In this document: one piece after another, positions 23,001 to 32,003 of the stretch
Layout: every line of letters starts with the position of its first letter
How positions within the stretch are numbered: the stretch's first letter is position 1
DNA from: Longimicrobiales bacterium
Lineage (GTDB): Bacteria; Gemmatimonadota; Gemmatimonadetes; Longimicrobiales; Gaopeijiaceae
DNA length: 64,000 nt
Direction of reading: 5' to 3'
NCBI GenBank assembly: GCA_965202985.1
Contig: CBDBCF010000002.1
Span: 672,001-736,000 of the forward strand
Position numbers and translations under genes: made by a program
The notes under the pieces: model-generated
Database searches by the model: none
What the model saw: the letters and a program-made list of their open reading frames with translations, nothing else
Told to the model about the DNA's origin: nothing

Positions 23001-23247
23001 TGGACTTCCACAAGCCGCCGCCCGTGGTGCCCATGTAGTACTCCATGGGCCTGGCTCCGGAGCCCGCGACGGCGATCGACCGTCCGCCCCTGGGCGGCCC
23101 CACGTTTCGCCACTCCAGAGACGACCAAAGGGCCTCCGGGTAGGCGGGTTCCTGGACGGCGCTGGCCGGAACGGCGCTGACGGGGACAAGTACGGCGGCG
23201 AGCGCGAGGGCGCGGAGGAAGGACGCGCGAGGGAGGCCGGAATGCAT
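20089..23247 (-). CDS. Secreted VPS10/sortilin-like BNR (Asp-box) repeat protein, glycosyl hydrolase-like
   Basis: Signal peptide; WRNVGPPRGGRS; many S/TxDGGxTW Asp-boxes; ATHGRSFW; C-terminal helical region. Confidence 0.88.
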   Translation of the reverse strand: MHSGLPRASFLRALALAAVLVPVSAVPASAVQEPAYPEALWSSLEWRNVGPPRGGRSIAVAGSGARPMEYYMGTTGGGLWKSTDAGQNWEPVTDGQIGSASIGAVQVCEVDPDVVYMGTGETQLRGNIQQGDGAYKSTDGGETWEHVGLRETQNIARIRIHPEDCDVAWAAAFGKHSAPNPERGVFKTTDGGQTWRKVLYRSDKAGAADVSVDATNPDVLYASIWEAWRRSWGMSSGGEDSGLFKSTDGGESWTEITENVGLGEGPVGKIGVAVSPANPERVWALIEHEPDGGVWRSDDGGATWERVNDERKLRQRAFYYTRVYADPNDEDVMYALNTGLYRSRDGGETFPRGIRVPHGDNHDLWIAPDDSDRMVNGNDGGANVTFNGGRSWTDQDYSTAQFYRVITTEHTPYHICGGQQDNSTACIPVRGWNQMAARGPGNRSWYYAVGGCESGYVAPNPINLDVFYAGCYGGALSRFDMATGATRAVNVWPENPMGQSSEDLIERVQWTFPIVFSHHDPNVLYTATQKVWKTTNEGQSWEQISPDLTRADPMTMGPSGGPITKDQTGVETYATVFAVAPSYHDPRTIWAGSDDGLVHVTRDGGLNWTDVTPPDAPEFVRINTVEASPTTRGKAYVSGIRYLVDDDRAPYVWKTDDYGASWTKIVDGLPADDFVRATREDPVRPGLLYAASERTVYVSFDDGGRWQPLSLNLPVVQVSDLVVEEHDLVIATHGRSFWVLEDIGPLRQATEEVAAAEWWLFDPADPVRGLGGARFQYYLAEDAERVAIEVLDGAGETVRSWEGVPSEDEDEEEDDSPFARFFGGGGNRTPPVKAGAHAFRWDLRYPEWTDFEGRIMWAARPMGPMAVPGSYSVRMTVNDGPPQVRDFEIEINPNLGGVTVADLQARFDLAIQIRDRVSEANEAVIKVREIEGEIADRLENTEAEDVATQADVVEENLNVVEAEIYQVRNQSNQDPLNYPIKLNNKLAALLGVVESSESRPTDQSREVFRHLSALLDEQISQMGIVIRRDLGRLNELLIREGLEPIEDRRLVS

Positions 23248-23522
23248 GGGCAAGGGATCCTGTTGTGCGACGGGACGGGATGAGGCGCGGAGCGGGTCCG
23301 CGGGACGGGAGGCAAGATACGGCTCGCGGAGGTCCGGGACCAGCCGAAGGGGGGTGCCGCCGCTGGTTGCCTGCCGCCGAATCGTGCCCGGATATGCGCC
23401 TTTGGGACGGCGGCATGTCCGCATGGGAACCAGTTCGCTTCCGGGGGTTGCGTTGGCCGCCGGCAGGGCCTTGATTCCAGGCGAACCGGCTGGGAACCCC
23501 TTGTCCTCGGAAAGGACCTGCG

Positions 23523-24071
23523 ATGGAGCGACTTGAAAGATGGCGAGCCGTGTTGAAGGAGAACCTTGAGATTGCTGCCTTGGTGGCCACCGCGTTGGTG
23601 GCGATTGTCACGATCGTGGGAGCCGTGGTGGGCTCGGCAAGGTGGCTGAAGGCCGGCATTGACGCGGAGATCGCCGAGGTCAGGCAAGACCTCGCCCAGG
23701 TCAGGCACGACCTGGAAGCGCAGATCGCCGAGGTCAAGCAGGAACTAAAGGTGGAGATCGCCGAGGTCAGGCAGGAACTAAAGGTGGAGATCGCCGAGGT
23801 CAGACAGGAACTAAAGGCGGAGATCGCCCAGGTGAAGCAGGACCTGGAGGACCAGATCGCGGGCCTCGCAACCGGCACGGAATGGCGGATCGACACGAGC
23901 GCGGGCAGCCTGCAACAGCAGATCGTCGGCCTTCGAGAGCAGCTGAACGGAATGCAGCAGCAGATCACCGCTCTGCAAGAACAGCTGGCTCTGATCGCGC
24001 TCCGCCTGCCGGCCAGGGAATCGGGCGGGACGCCCGAACTCGGCAGGTCCGGCGGCGACGCGCAGGAATAG
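23523..24071 (+). CDS. Membrane-anchored coiled-coil protein with 11-residue repeats
   Basis: RBS AAAGGA; N-terminal TM; (EIAEVRQELKV)n; Q-rich heptad tail. Confidence 0.75.
   Translation: MERLERWRAVLKENLEIAALVATALVAIVTIVGAVVGSARWLKAGIDAEIAEVRQDLAQVRHDLEAQIAEVKQELKVEIAEVRQELKVEIAEVRQELKAEIAQVKQDLEDQIAGLATGTEWRIDTSAGSLQQQIVGLREQLNGMQQQITALQEQLALIALRLPARESGGTPELGRSGGDAQE
23721..23852 (+). repeat. Four 33-bp tandem repeats (GAGATCGCCGAGGTCAGGCAGGAACTAAAGGTG-like)
   Basis: Units start at 23721, 23754, 23787, 23820; degenerate copies from about 23667. Confidence 0.9.
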
Positions 24072-24081
24072 CGCCGGCAAG

Positions 24082-25329
24082 GTGATTCGGTCGGGCCTGC
24101 GATCGCTCTACATCCGGGCGCGGCTGGGGGAGGAGTGGGCCCGAAGCGGCGTCGTGTGGTGGCCTCTGGCGCGCCGCTTCGTCGCCGATCCCTACCCGTC
24201 CTATCGGAAGCTGCGCGAGAAGGACCCGTTCCACTACAGTCCGCTGACCGGCCAGCTCGTGGTTTCGCGCTACGAGGACGTGGACCGCATCCTCCGCGAT
24301 CACAAGCGGTTCAGCAACGACCTCCGGCTGGCGCGGCCCCGGCGGAAGGCCGACGCCCGAAGCAAGCTGAAGCCCAGCATGTTGTCGCTGGACCCGCCGG
24401 ACCACACGCGGTTGCGGAGCCTGGTGAGCCGGGCGTTCACGCCGCGCTCCGTGGCCAAGATGGAGGAGTTCGCGCGGTCCACGGCCCACGCGCTGCTGGA
24501 CGAGGCCGCCGGATCAGGCGAGTTCGATCTGATGGCCGCCTTCGCGGAGCCGCTGCCGACGCTGGTGATCGCAAGGATGATCGGCGTCCCGTCCGAGGAC
24601 CTGGACCGGTTCAAGGAGTGGTCGGACAAGTTCGCACGAGTGCTCGAGCCCCTGCTCTCGGAACGCGAAGCGCGGGACGTGTTCCACGCCGAACAGGAGT
24701 TCGCCCGCTACTTCGCCGGGATCATCGAGCAGAGGCGCCGGGAGCCGTGCGACGACTTGGTGACTCGGCTGGTCCAGGCCGAAGACGAGGGCGACCGGCT
24801 CACCTCCGGCGAGACGCAGGTCATGCTGCGGCTGCTGCTGGTGGCGGGGAACGAAACCACCACCAACCTGATCGGCAACGGCACGCTGGCGCTGCTGCGC
24901 CACCCCGAACAGATGGAGCTTCTCCGCGGCGAGCCCGACCAGGCCGCCGCCGCGGTGGAAGAGCTGGCCCGCTACGACTCGCCGGTGCAGGTGGACGGGC
25001 GCTTCGTCAAGGAGGATATGGTGCTGGGCGGCAGGAGGGTGCGCACCGGCGACCGGCTGGCGTTGTTGATCGGCGGCGCCAACCACGATCCCGAGCAGTT
25101 CGGGCGCCCCGACGAGCTCGACATCGCTCGCACCGACGGCGGCAACATCTCGTTCGGGCGCGGCATCCACCACTGCCTTGGCGCACCGCTGGCCCGGCTG
25201 GAGAGCCGCGTCGCGTTCCAGGTGCTGCTGGAGCGGTTCCCGAAGCTCCGTCTGGGCGACCGTCCGCCCGAGTTCCGGCCTACGATCGTGCTCCGGGGGT
25301 TGAAGCGGCTGGGGGTTCGGGCGGCGTGA
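24082..25329 (+). CDS. Cytochrome P450
   Basis: DPPDHTRLR, I-helix AGNETT, ExxR (EELARY), heme motif FGRGIHHCLG. Confidence 0.96.
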   Translation: MIRSGLRSLYIRARLGEEWARSGVVWWPLARRFVADPYPSYRKLREKDPFHYSPLTGQLVVSRYEDVDRILRDHKRFSNDLRLARPRRKADARSKLKPSMLSLDPPDHTRLRSLVSRAFTPRSVAKMEEFARSTAHALLDEAAGSGEFDLMAAFAEPLPTLVIARMIGVPSEDLDRFKEWSDKFARVLEPLLSEREARDVFHAEQEFARYFAGIIEQRRREPCDDLVTRLVQAEDEGDRLTSGETQVMLRLLLVAGNETTTNLIGNGTLALLRHPEQMELLRGEPDQAAAAVEELARYDSPVQVDGRFVKEDMVLGGRRVRTGDRLALLIGGANHDPEQFGRPDELDIARTDGGNISFGRGIHHCLGAPLARLESRVAFQVLLERFPKLRLGDRPPEFRPTIVLRGLKRLGVRAA

Positions 25330-25750
25330 GAGTCGGAGTCCAGACGTGGATGCGATGCTTGAACCTGCGAAAGTCCTTGGCGTTGAAGGTCAGCAGCCTG
25401 TCCTCGCCGTAGGCAAGCATGGTGGCGACGATGTTGGCGTCGTGGACCTGCTTTCCCGCCACCGGCGCCTCCGCGCACAGCTCCGCCAGCTTGACGGCCA
25501 CCCTCGGCCCGTCCTCCAGCACCTGGAACGATCCAACCAGCCGGGCCGCGTCGTCCAGCGCGTCCGCCATCGGCAGCGGCGCCGCCCACGTCTGCGGCCT
25601 TGTGACCACCGCCAAGTACTCCCGAACGACTTGGCGGCTGATCCTGACGGCGCCTTCGGCCCGCGCCCTCTCGAGGCTTGCGGACGCCGCGGCCCTGTTC
25701 GGGGCGCTCGCCACCCGCACCGCGACGAGCACGTTCGTGTCCACGAACAT
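25280..25750 (-). CDS. vapC: PIN-domain (VapC-like) toxin
   Basis: MFVDTNVLV, SRQVVREYLAVVTR, GKQVHDANIVATM, LLTFNAKDF. 3' end overlaps the P450 by 50 bp. Confidence 0.88.
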   Translation of the reverse strand: MFVDTNVLVAVRVASAPNRAAASASLERARAEGAVRISRQVVREYLAVVTRPQTWAAPLPMADALDDAARLVGSFQVLEDGPRVAVKLAELCAEAPVAGKQVHDANIVATMLAYGEDRLLTFNAKDFRRFKHRIHVWTPTLTPPEPPAASTPGARS

Positions 25751-25753
25751 CGA

Positions 25754-26167
25754 TCACCGGCCCTCGTCGTCGTAGATCTGTTCCCTTCGCGCCGCGAAGC
25801 CCTGGGGCCACGGTCCGAAGTCGCGGGGCGGCAGCAGCTCGTCGACAGGGGGAACGCGAGGCGTCGCCGCGGAGACCGACGTCCCCTCGATCCTTTCGAA
25901 CACCAGTTCCTCGGCCCCGAGGTCCACCAACCGCGTCCTCCACCCCGCGGCTTGCCAAGCCAGAGCATGGCTGTGGCCGCCTCCTGCGCCCGGATTGGCC
26001 CACCACGGCCGGTGGATGCGAGCCGAATCCGGCAAGGAAAAGCCCAAGATCGTCTCGATCTCGACAAAGGAAGCGCGCCAACGCGGCTCGGCGAGTTCGG
26101 AGAGGTGGCGGTACAGCGGCGCGTACTTTCCCCTGGAAGCGACCTTGCGGACGAGTTGCGTGGTCAT
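25754..26167 (-). CDS. Putative antitoxin: DUF7662-like domain plus short acidic tail
   Basis: GKYAPLYRHL..ASFVEIETILGFSLPDSARIHRPWWAN..HALAWQAAGW, then GPWPQGFAARREQIYDDEGR; ends 3 bp before vapC. Confidence 0.6.
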   Translation of the reverse strand: MTTQLVRKVASRGKYAPLYRHLSELAEPRWRASFVEIETILGFSLPDSARIHRPWWANPGAGGGHSHALAWQAAGWRTRLVDLGAEELVFERIEGTSVSAATPRVPPVDELLPPRDFGPWPQGFAARREQIYDDEGR

Positions 26168-26248
26168 CGGGGGCTCCGTTGGTTGAGTTGAGCGGGAGTC
26201 GGAACACGACGCTGCGCTCCGGCCGAACGCAGGTTCTGGTTTCGCCAG

Positions 26249-26274
26249 ATATGAGTGAGTATATGAGTACTATA
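26249..26274 (-). promoter_or_regulatory. Putative -10 (TATAGT) followed by ACTCATAT direct repeats; candidate TA operator
   Basis: Plus-strand ATATGAGT at 26249-26256 and 26261-26268; AT-rich patch in GC-rich DNA. Confidence 0.45.
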
Positions 26275-26354
26275 GCCGATTGGGTAGGGGGCCAGTCCCG
26301 TCTGCGCCCCTGCGTGGTCCCAGGCAGGCCCCTCGCTTCCAGATCAGAATTTTC

Positions 26355-26383
26355 TTGCGGTTGCGGCCTTCGGGCCGTATTGT
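26355..26383 (+). promoter_or_regulatory. Sigma70-like promoter TTGCGG-N17-TATTGT upstream of susC
   Basis: 17-bp spacing; the spacer contains the inverted repeat CGGCC-TTCG-GGCCG. Confidence 0.45.
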
Positions 26384-26537
26384 GCGGCTCGTGCCGGTCA
26401 ACCGAGGGAGGCGCGGGAGGTAGCGCGCAATCGTTGCAACCCGTATCCTCCCCGGATTCTCGGCTCGGGCAACGGCCTTGTTGCCGCCATATAGCCTGCG
26501 GGAACGGAGATCCCGCCTACACAACGGAGGATAGGAC

Positions 26538-29500
26538 ATGCACCCACCGCTACCGAGACGGGCCCTTGGAGTCGCCACCAGCCTCACGACGGGATCACGG
26601 GGGGGGGGGGGGGGGGGGGGATCGCCCTTCTGCTCTTCTTCCTCGTGGCCACGGGCCAAGCAGCGGGCCAGCAGGCGGGCACCGTCACTGGCATGGTTTC
26701 CGACGTGGCGACGGGCCAGACGCTGGAATCCGCGCTAGTTCGGCTGAACGACAACGAGGCCGGGGTCCTCACCAACCAGTCCGGCCGCTACCTGATGGTC
26801 GGCGTGCCTGCTGGGACCCATCAGCTGAACTTCCTCATCGTCGGCTACGCCGAGCAGACGCTCGAGGTCACGGTTGTTGCCGGCGAGACCACGGTCTTGA
26901 ACGCCGAACTCGCGGCACAGGCGATCCAGATGCAGGACTTGGTCGTGACGGGGGTGGCCCGGGCTACGCCACGCGTGAAGCTCCCCTTCACGGTCGAGAA
27001 GCTGGACATCGCCGACGTTCCCGTGCCCGCCGTATCCGCCGAGTCGTTCCTGGTGGGCAAGGTGCCGGGCGTGAAGGTCGTCCGTGGCTCAGGCCAGCCA
27101 GGCCAGACCGGCGACATCCTGCTTCGAGGCGCCACCGCCATTAGTGGCGGCCAAGGCCCTCTCGTTATCGTCGACGGCATCATTACCGACGACAGCTTCG
27201 ACGACATCGCGGCACTGGACATCGAATCGATGGAGGTCGTCAAGGGAGCCGCCGGCGCGTCCCTCTACGGTTCACGGGCGGCCAACGGCGTCATCCAAAT
27301 CCGCACCAAGCGCGGAACCGGCTTCGGTGGCCGCGATTACAGCCGAATCGTAACCAACAACGAACTCGGCTCCGAACGAATGTACGGCCGCGTTCCACTG
27401 TCCCAGAATCATCCTTGGAAGCTCGACGCTGGCGGCAATCTTGTGGACGTACGTGGCGAGTCGATCCCCGACATCACCGACCCCGACGCAAACAACCCTG
27501 CACTCAACGGCGACGACGTTTTCACGTCGTTTCAGGACGGAAGGTGGCCGTCGTCGCTTCCCAACTACGACCAGCTCGGCCGGATTTTCTCCCCCGGGAC
27601 GCTGCTCACGAACTCCGTTGCGACGGAGGGACGCAATGGGGCCACCAACTATCGGGCGTCCTTTGAGCACCGGGTCGACCGCGGTATCCTGCCCGACTTC
27701 AACGACGGATTTGGTCGAAAGGGATTCCGGATCAACGTTGATCACGATGTCCGAGACAACCTCGCAGTCTCACTGAGCACGTCATACAGCCAACGAACCC
27801 AGCAAGACATGGGGGACACTCCTTGGTATGAAATCACGTTCATGCCGCCGTACGTGGACCTGCTTAGACGTGATCCATCAACGATCGGGCTTCCCTTCTG
27901 TCCGTCCAACGGCTGTCTCTACGTGCACCCGGATCCGTTCAACGAAGGAACTGTCGACAACCCGCTGTACAACCTGGAATTGTATGATTTTCGTGACAGG
28001 AGACAAACCGTAGCTGCTGCTGCTACCGTCCGGTGGACACCCTTTGCCTGGATGGATCTTGAAGGCGTCTTCGGTATGGATCGCAAGGCTTTGGCTCAAA
28101 CGGATATTGTTCCCGAGGGTCTCCAGACGATCACTACGGGCACTTCCCCTGGCAGCTACTTCCGCTATCAGAATCACGATCAAGACGTCAACGCCGAGGC
28201 TACTCTCTCGTTCAACAAAGCGTTCGGAGACTTCGCTACCAGAACTCGAGTTCGTTATTCGCAGGAGAACAGTTCCTACGACAGATTCGACACGTATGGT
28301 GAAGACTTCTTGGCCTCCGATATTCCTCGGCTCAATAACCTCGACCCGGAGACTTTCTCCTCCGGCTCGTACATTAGCGAAGTCGTCTCTGAGAACTATT
28401 TCCTGATCTCCGCGTTGGACTACCAAGGCAAGTACATTCTCGACGGCGTAGTTCGCCGAGACGGCTCCAGCCTCTTTGGCGAGAACCAGAGATGGCACAC
28501 CTTCGCTCGCGGGTCCGCTGCGTGGAGGCTAGCTCAGGAAGCTTGGTGGCCATTTGACCAGATCAACGAATTCAAGCTCCGCTATTCCGTCGGTACGGCA
28601 GGTACTCGTCCTAGGTTCGAGGCCCAGTACGAGACCTACAGCGTCGGCGGCGGCAGCATTACGCCGGTCACACTAGGCAACAAGGAGCTCAAGCCCCAGA
28701 AGACCGTCGAAGTCGAATACGGCATGGACATGGTCTTGTTCGACAGGTTCAACATGGGCCTGACCTACGCCACAACGTCTTCCGAGGATCAGATTATCCA
28801 GGTCCCGCTTCCCAAGGCGGGCGGATTCGGTTCGCAATGGCAAAACGCAGGGACCTTGCAGTCCAGCACGTGGGAGTACTTCCTCGAGACTTCGCTGATC
28901 AACACCGAAAACGTGACCTGGACCGCCAGACTGAACTTCGACCGCACGCTAGAAGAGATCACGCGCCTCGATCGACCTGCGTTCCGAAGCGGCTTTTTCT
29001 ACTTTCGCGACGATGAAATCTTCGGCTCCTTCTTTGGTGCAGCTTGGGCGCGGACATGTGCCCACCTTCCCGCTGGCGCACCGTGTGACCAGTTCGAACT
29101 TAATGACGACGGGCTACTCGTCTGGGTCGGGTCCGGAGCCAGCTACACCGACGGCATAGGAAACGGCCTTTGGGGCACCGAATCGTCCGGCCAGACAGGA
29201 GAAGATGTATTTCAGTGGGGCATGCCCATTAGGAGGTTCGACGAGTGCGAGAGTCGCCGGCAGGGTGGCCTTGGTTGCTCCGATTTCCTTTATATGGGTA
29301 ACACCAGGCCCGATTTCAGCGTGAGTTTTTCCAACAACTTCAGATGGAAGGACCTGACGCTGTATGTGCTGTTGGACGGCGAATTTGGCACGGAGATATA
29401 CAACAGGACTCGTCAATGGGCCTATCGAGACAATCGCTCCGGCGACCAAGATCAGCTCGGCAAGGCGGACGGCCTGAAAAAACCGGTGGCGTATTACCAG

Positions 29501-29803
29501 CGCCTCTACAACACCAACGCACTCAACGAGTGGTTCGTGGAGGACGGCACGTTCATCAAGGTTCGCGAAGCATCTGTGCGATACTCGGTTCGGCCGGACT
29601 GGATCGACTCGCTGTTCGCCGGCCGGGTCACCGCGGTCGAGCTCAATCTGATTGGCCGCAACCTCTTCACGTTTACCGACTACGCCGGCTATGATCCCGA
29701 GGTTGGCAACGGCAATGGCGGATCGGACGTAGTCGGGCGCATAGACAGCTACTCCTATCCCAACTTCCGAACCATCAGCGCGAACGTCGAGATCATCTTC
29801 TGA
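26538..29803 (+). CDS. susC: SusC/RagA TonB-dependent outer-membrane transporter, frameshifted at a poly-G tract in its signal peptide
   Basis: RBS GGAGG and ATG 26538; main frame resumes IALLLFFLVATGQAAG at 26621; N-terminal carboxypeptidase-regulatory-like domain; plug DIESMEVVKGAAGASLYGSRAANGVIQIRTKRG; C-terminal YPNFRT...F. Confidence 0.92.
26599..26620 (+). repeat. G22 homopolymer
   Basis: 22 consecutive G counted directly. Confidence 0.95.
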
Positions 29804-29829
29804 CGCAACGGAAAGGACCCTACCAAGAA

Positions 29830-31521
29830 ATGCCTAACATCGCCAAAAAGCTAGCTGCATCCAGCATGTTGCTGGTGCGGAACGTCGGCGTGCTCGCCTT
29901 CTCTCTGCTGATGGTCGCGTGCGCGGACCTGACGGTCGTGAACTACAACGACCCCGATCGCGAGCGTGCGATCGCCGGCGCCTCCGACGTGGAAGCTCTG
30001 ATCAGCGGAGGATGGCAGAGCTGGCACGTGGTGGCGCACCAGAACTACCCGGGGTCGGCCCTCAGCACGGCGGCCGATGCGCACTCGTCCTCGTGGGGCA
30101 ACTGGGGGATGCGCGACTCCGGATGGGAACCCCGCAAGTCGTACAACAACGACCCGTCGTACAGCTACCGATCCCTGGCCGAAACCCCGTGGACTCGATC
30201 GTACCGGTCCCTAGCCGCCGTGCGGGACGGCTTGCTGGCGATCGAGGGTGGAACCCGGATTCAGGAGAGTCCACCGCTTGGAGAGGACAACACTGATCGA
30301 GCGATCGTCTTCGCAAAGATGATCCAGGCGATGTCCTTGGCCAACTTGGCCGTGCTGTTCGACCAAGCGTTCGTCGTCGACGAAACCGTCGAGGACGTGA
30401 CCGCATTGGAGCTTCAGGGCTACGAACAGGTCTGGAGCGCAGCGGAGGCCAAGTTCGCCGAAGTGATTTCCATGGCTAGCGGCGGAGACTTCACAATTCC
30501 GTCGGTCTGGGTGGGCAAAGGCGGAGATTGGACTCCCGCCTACATGGCCGAGCTGGCCCGAGCGTACCGGGCGCGCTACCGTACCCAGGTCGCGCGAACT
30601 CCGGCGGAGCGCGAGACCGTGGATTGGAACGCGGTTCGTCAGGACGCTGGAGGAGGGTTGTCGGAGACCTTCAATACTCGCTACGAGAGCGGCGGCGACT
30701 GGGGATGGCACCGGTCGAAGCTGCACACCGCGACCTGGACGGGCTGGGCGCGGATCGACTACCGCACGATCGGGCCGTCGGACGCTTCGGGCGAATGGGA
30801 GCGCTGGATCAACGCCTCGCCCGCCCAAAAGACGCCGTTCGACATCGATACGGACGACCGGCGCATCACGGGCGGAGCCCCCAATTCACACGGCACGTAC
30901 ATCCGCTACATGGGCAACAGCCCATTCCCCGCCGACCGAGGCATCTACCACTACTCCAACTACATCGACTGGCGGTGGATCGCCCTGCGCACCAATTCGT
31001 TCGTCGGCGACTATCCGGACATGACCGCTAAGGAACTCGAGTTTCTCGTAGCCGAGGCGGACTACCGGTTGGGCAACCGGGCTGCCACGATGGCCACCGT
31101 CAACAAGTACCGCGCGAATGGCGAGCTACCCCCGTTCACGAGCCCGGACGAGCGGGCACCCGGCGGAGACCGGTGCGTGCCGCAACTTGCGGACGGTTCC
31201 TGCGGAACGCTCTGGGACGCCTACAAGTACGAGAAGCGCATCGAACTCTTCCACTACGGCATGGGCACCGAGTACTTCGACGACCGAGGCTGGGGCGACT
31301 TGGTGACCCAGACCTGGCAGCAGCTTCCGATTCCGGGAAGCGAACTTCAGATCCTGCTGATGGAGTTGTATTCCTTCGGCGGACCCGGGGGATCGAGTTC
31401 GGCGCCGGACGTGATCACCAAGTCGTTCAGCGCCGACGCGATACGGGCCAAGCGCGACGCCCTAGACGCCTGGTCCGAGGCTTACGCGGACCGGATCGAC
31501 GACATCGGGGCCAGGAAATGA
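29830..31521 (+). CDS. susD: SusD/RagB lipoprotein
   Basis: Lipobox MVAC-ADL; directly after susC; FLVAEADYRLG, YEKRIELF, YFDDRGWG, LPIP. Confidence 0.88.
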   Translation: MPNIAKKLAASSMLLVRNVGVLAFSLLMVACADLTVVNYNDPDRERAIAGASDVEALISGGWQSWHVVAHQNYPGSALSTAADAHSSSWGNWGMRDSGWEPRKSYNNDPSYSYRSLAETPWTRSYRSLAAVRDGLLAIEGGTRIQESPPLGEDNTDRAIVFAKMIQAMSLANLAVLFDQAFVVDETVEDVTALELQGYEQVWSAAEAKFAEVISMASGGDFTIPSVWVGKGGDWTPAYMAELARAYRARYRTQVARTPAERETVDWNAVRQDAGGGLSETFNTRYESGGDWGWHRSKLHTATWTGWARIDYRTIGPSDASGEWERWINASPAQKTPFDIDTDDRRITGGAPNSHGTYIRYMGNSPFPADRGIYHYSNYIDWRWIALRTNSFVGDYPDMTAKELEFLVAEADYRLGNRAATMATVNKYRANGELPPFTSPDERAPGGDRCVPQLADGSCGTLWDAYKYEKRIELFHYGMGTEYFDDRGWGDLVTQTWQQLPIPGSELQILLMELYSFGGPGGSSSAPDVITKSFSADAIRAKRDALDAWSEAYADRIDDIGARK

Positions 31522-32000
31522 CTCGGCCCGGTGTCGCAACGGCGGCAGTGCTGCTTCTGTGCGCCGGCTGCGCGTCTGGAGGCATGCAGTCCATGCAGCA
31601 GACGCACTGGCGCGAGGACATGGGGCGCATGAGTCACCAAACCTTGGTCGAAGGCTTGGACAAGGTCTTCCAGAAGTATGCCGTTCAGGTCAGCCGGGAC
31701 GAGATGTCGGCCAGGGAGTTCTACTACGAGACGCGGTGGGTCACCCGTCCGGTTCTGGCGTTGCAGGATGCCGCCGGGGCCACGAACGCCCGCAACCGCA
31801 TCGTGATTCGGGGCCATAGGCTCGAGGGCGGCATGACGGGGTCGACCTATCGGGTGACGTGGGACGTCGAGAACGAGGTCACAACCCCGGAGAACCCGAG
31901 CTGGCATCCTGCGGTGATCCCGACGGAGGTGGTGGAGCAGTTCCGTCCGATCTATTCCGATCTGTATCTGGAGGTGCGAACCGGGTTGAGACGGGAGTAG
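31518..32000 (+). CDS. Hypothetical lipoprotein coupled to susD
   Basis: ATGA overlap; lipobox CAGC. Confidence 0.7.
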   Translation: MTRPGVATAAVLLLCAGCASGGMQSMQQTHWREDMGRMSHQTLVEGLDKVFQKYAVQVSRDEMSAREFYYETRWVTRPVLALQDAAGATNARNRIVIRGHRLEGGMTGSTYRVTWDVENEVTTPENPSWHPAVIPTEVVEQFRPIYSDLYLEVRTGLRRE

Positions 32001-32003
32001 GCG

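Noticed and set aside
23667..23860. CRISPR-like repeats
   Set aside because: Head-to-tail coding repeats with no spacers.
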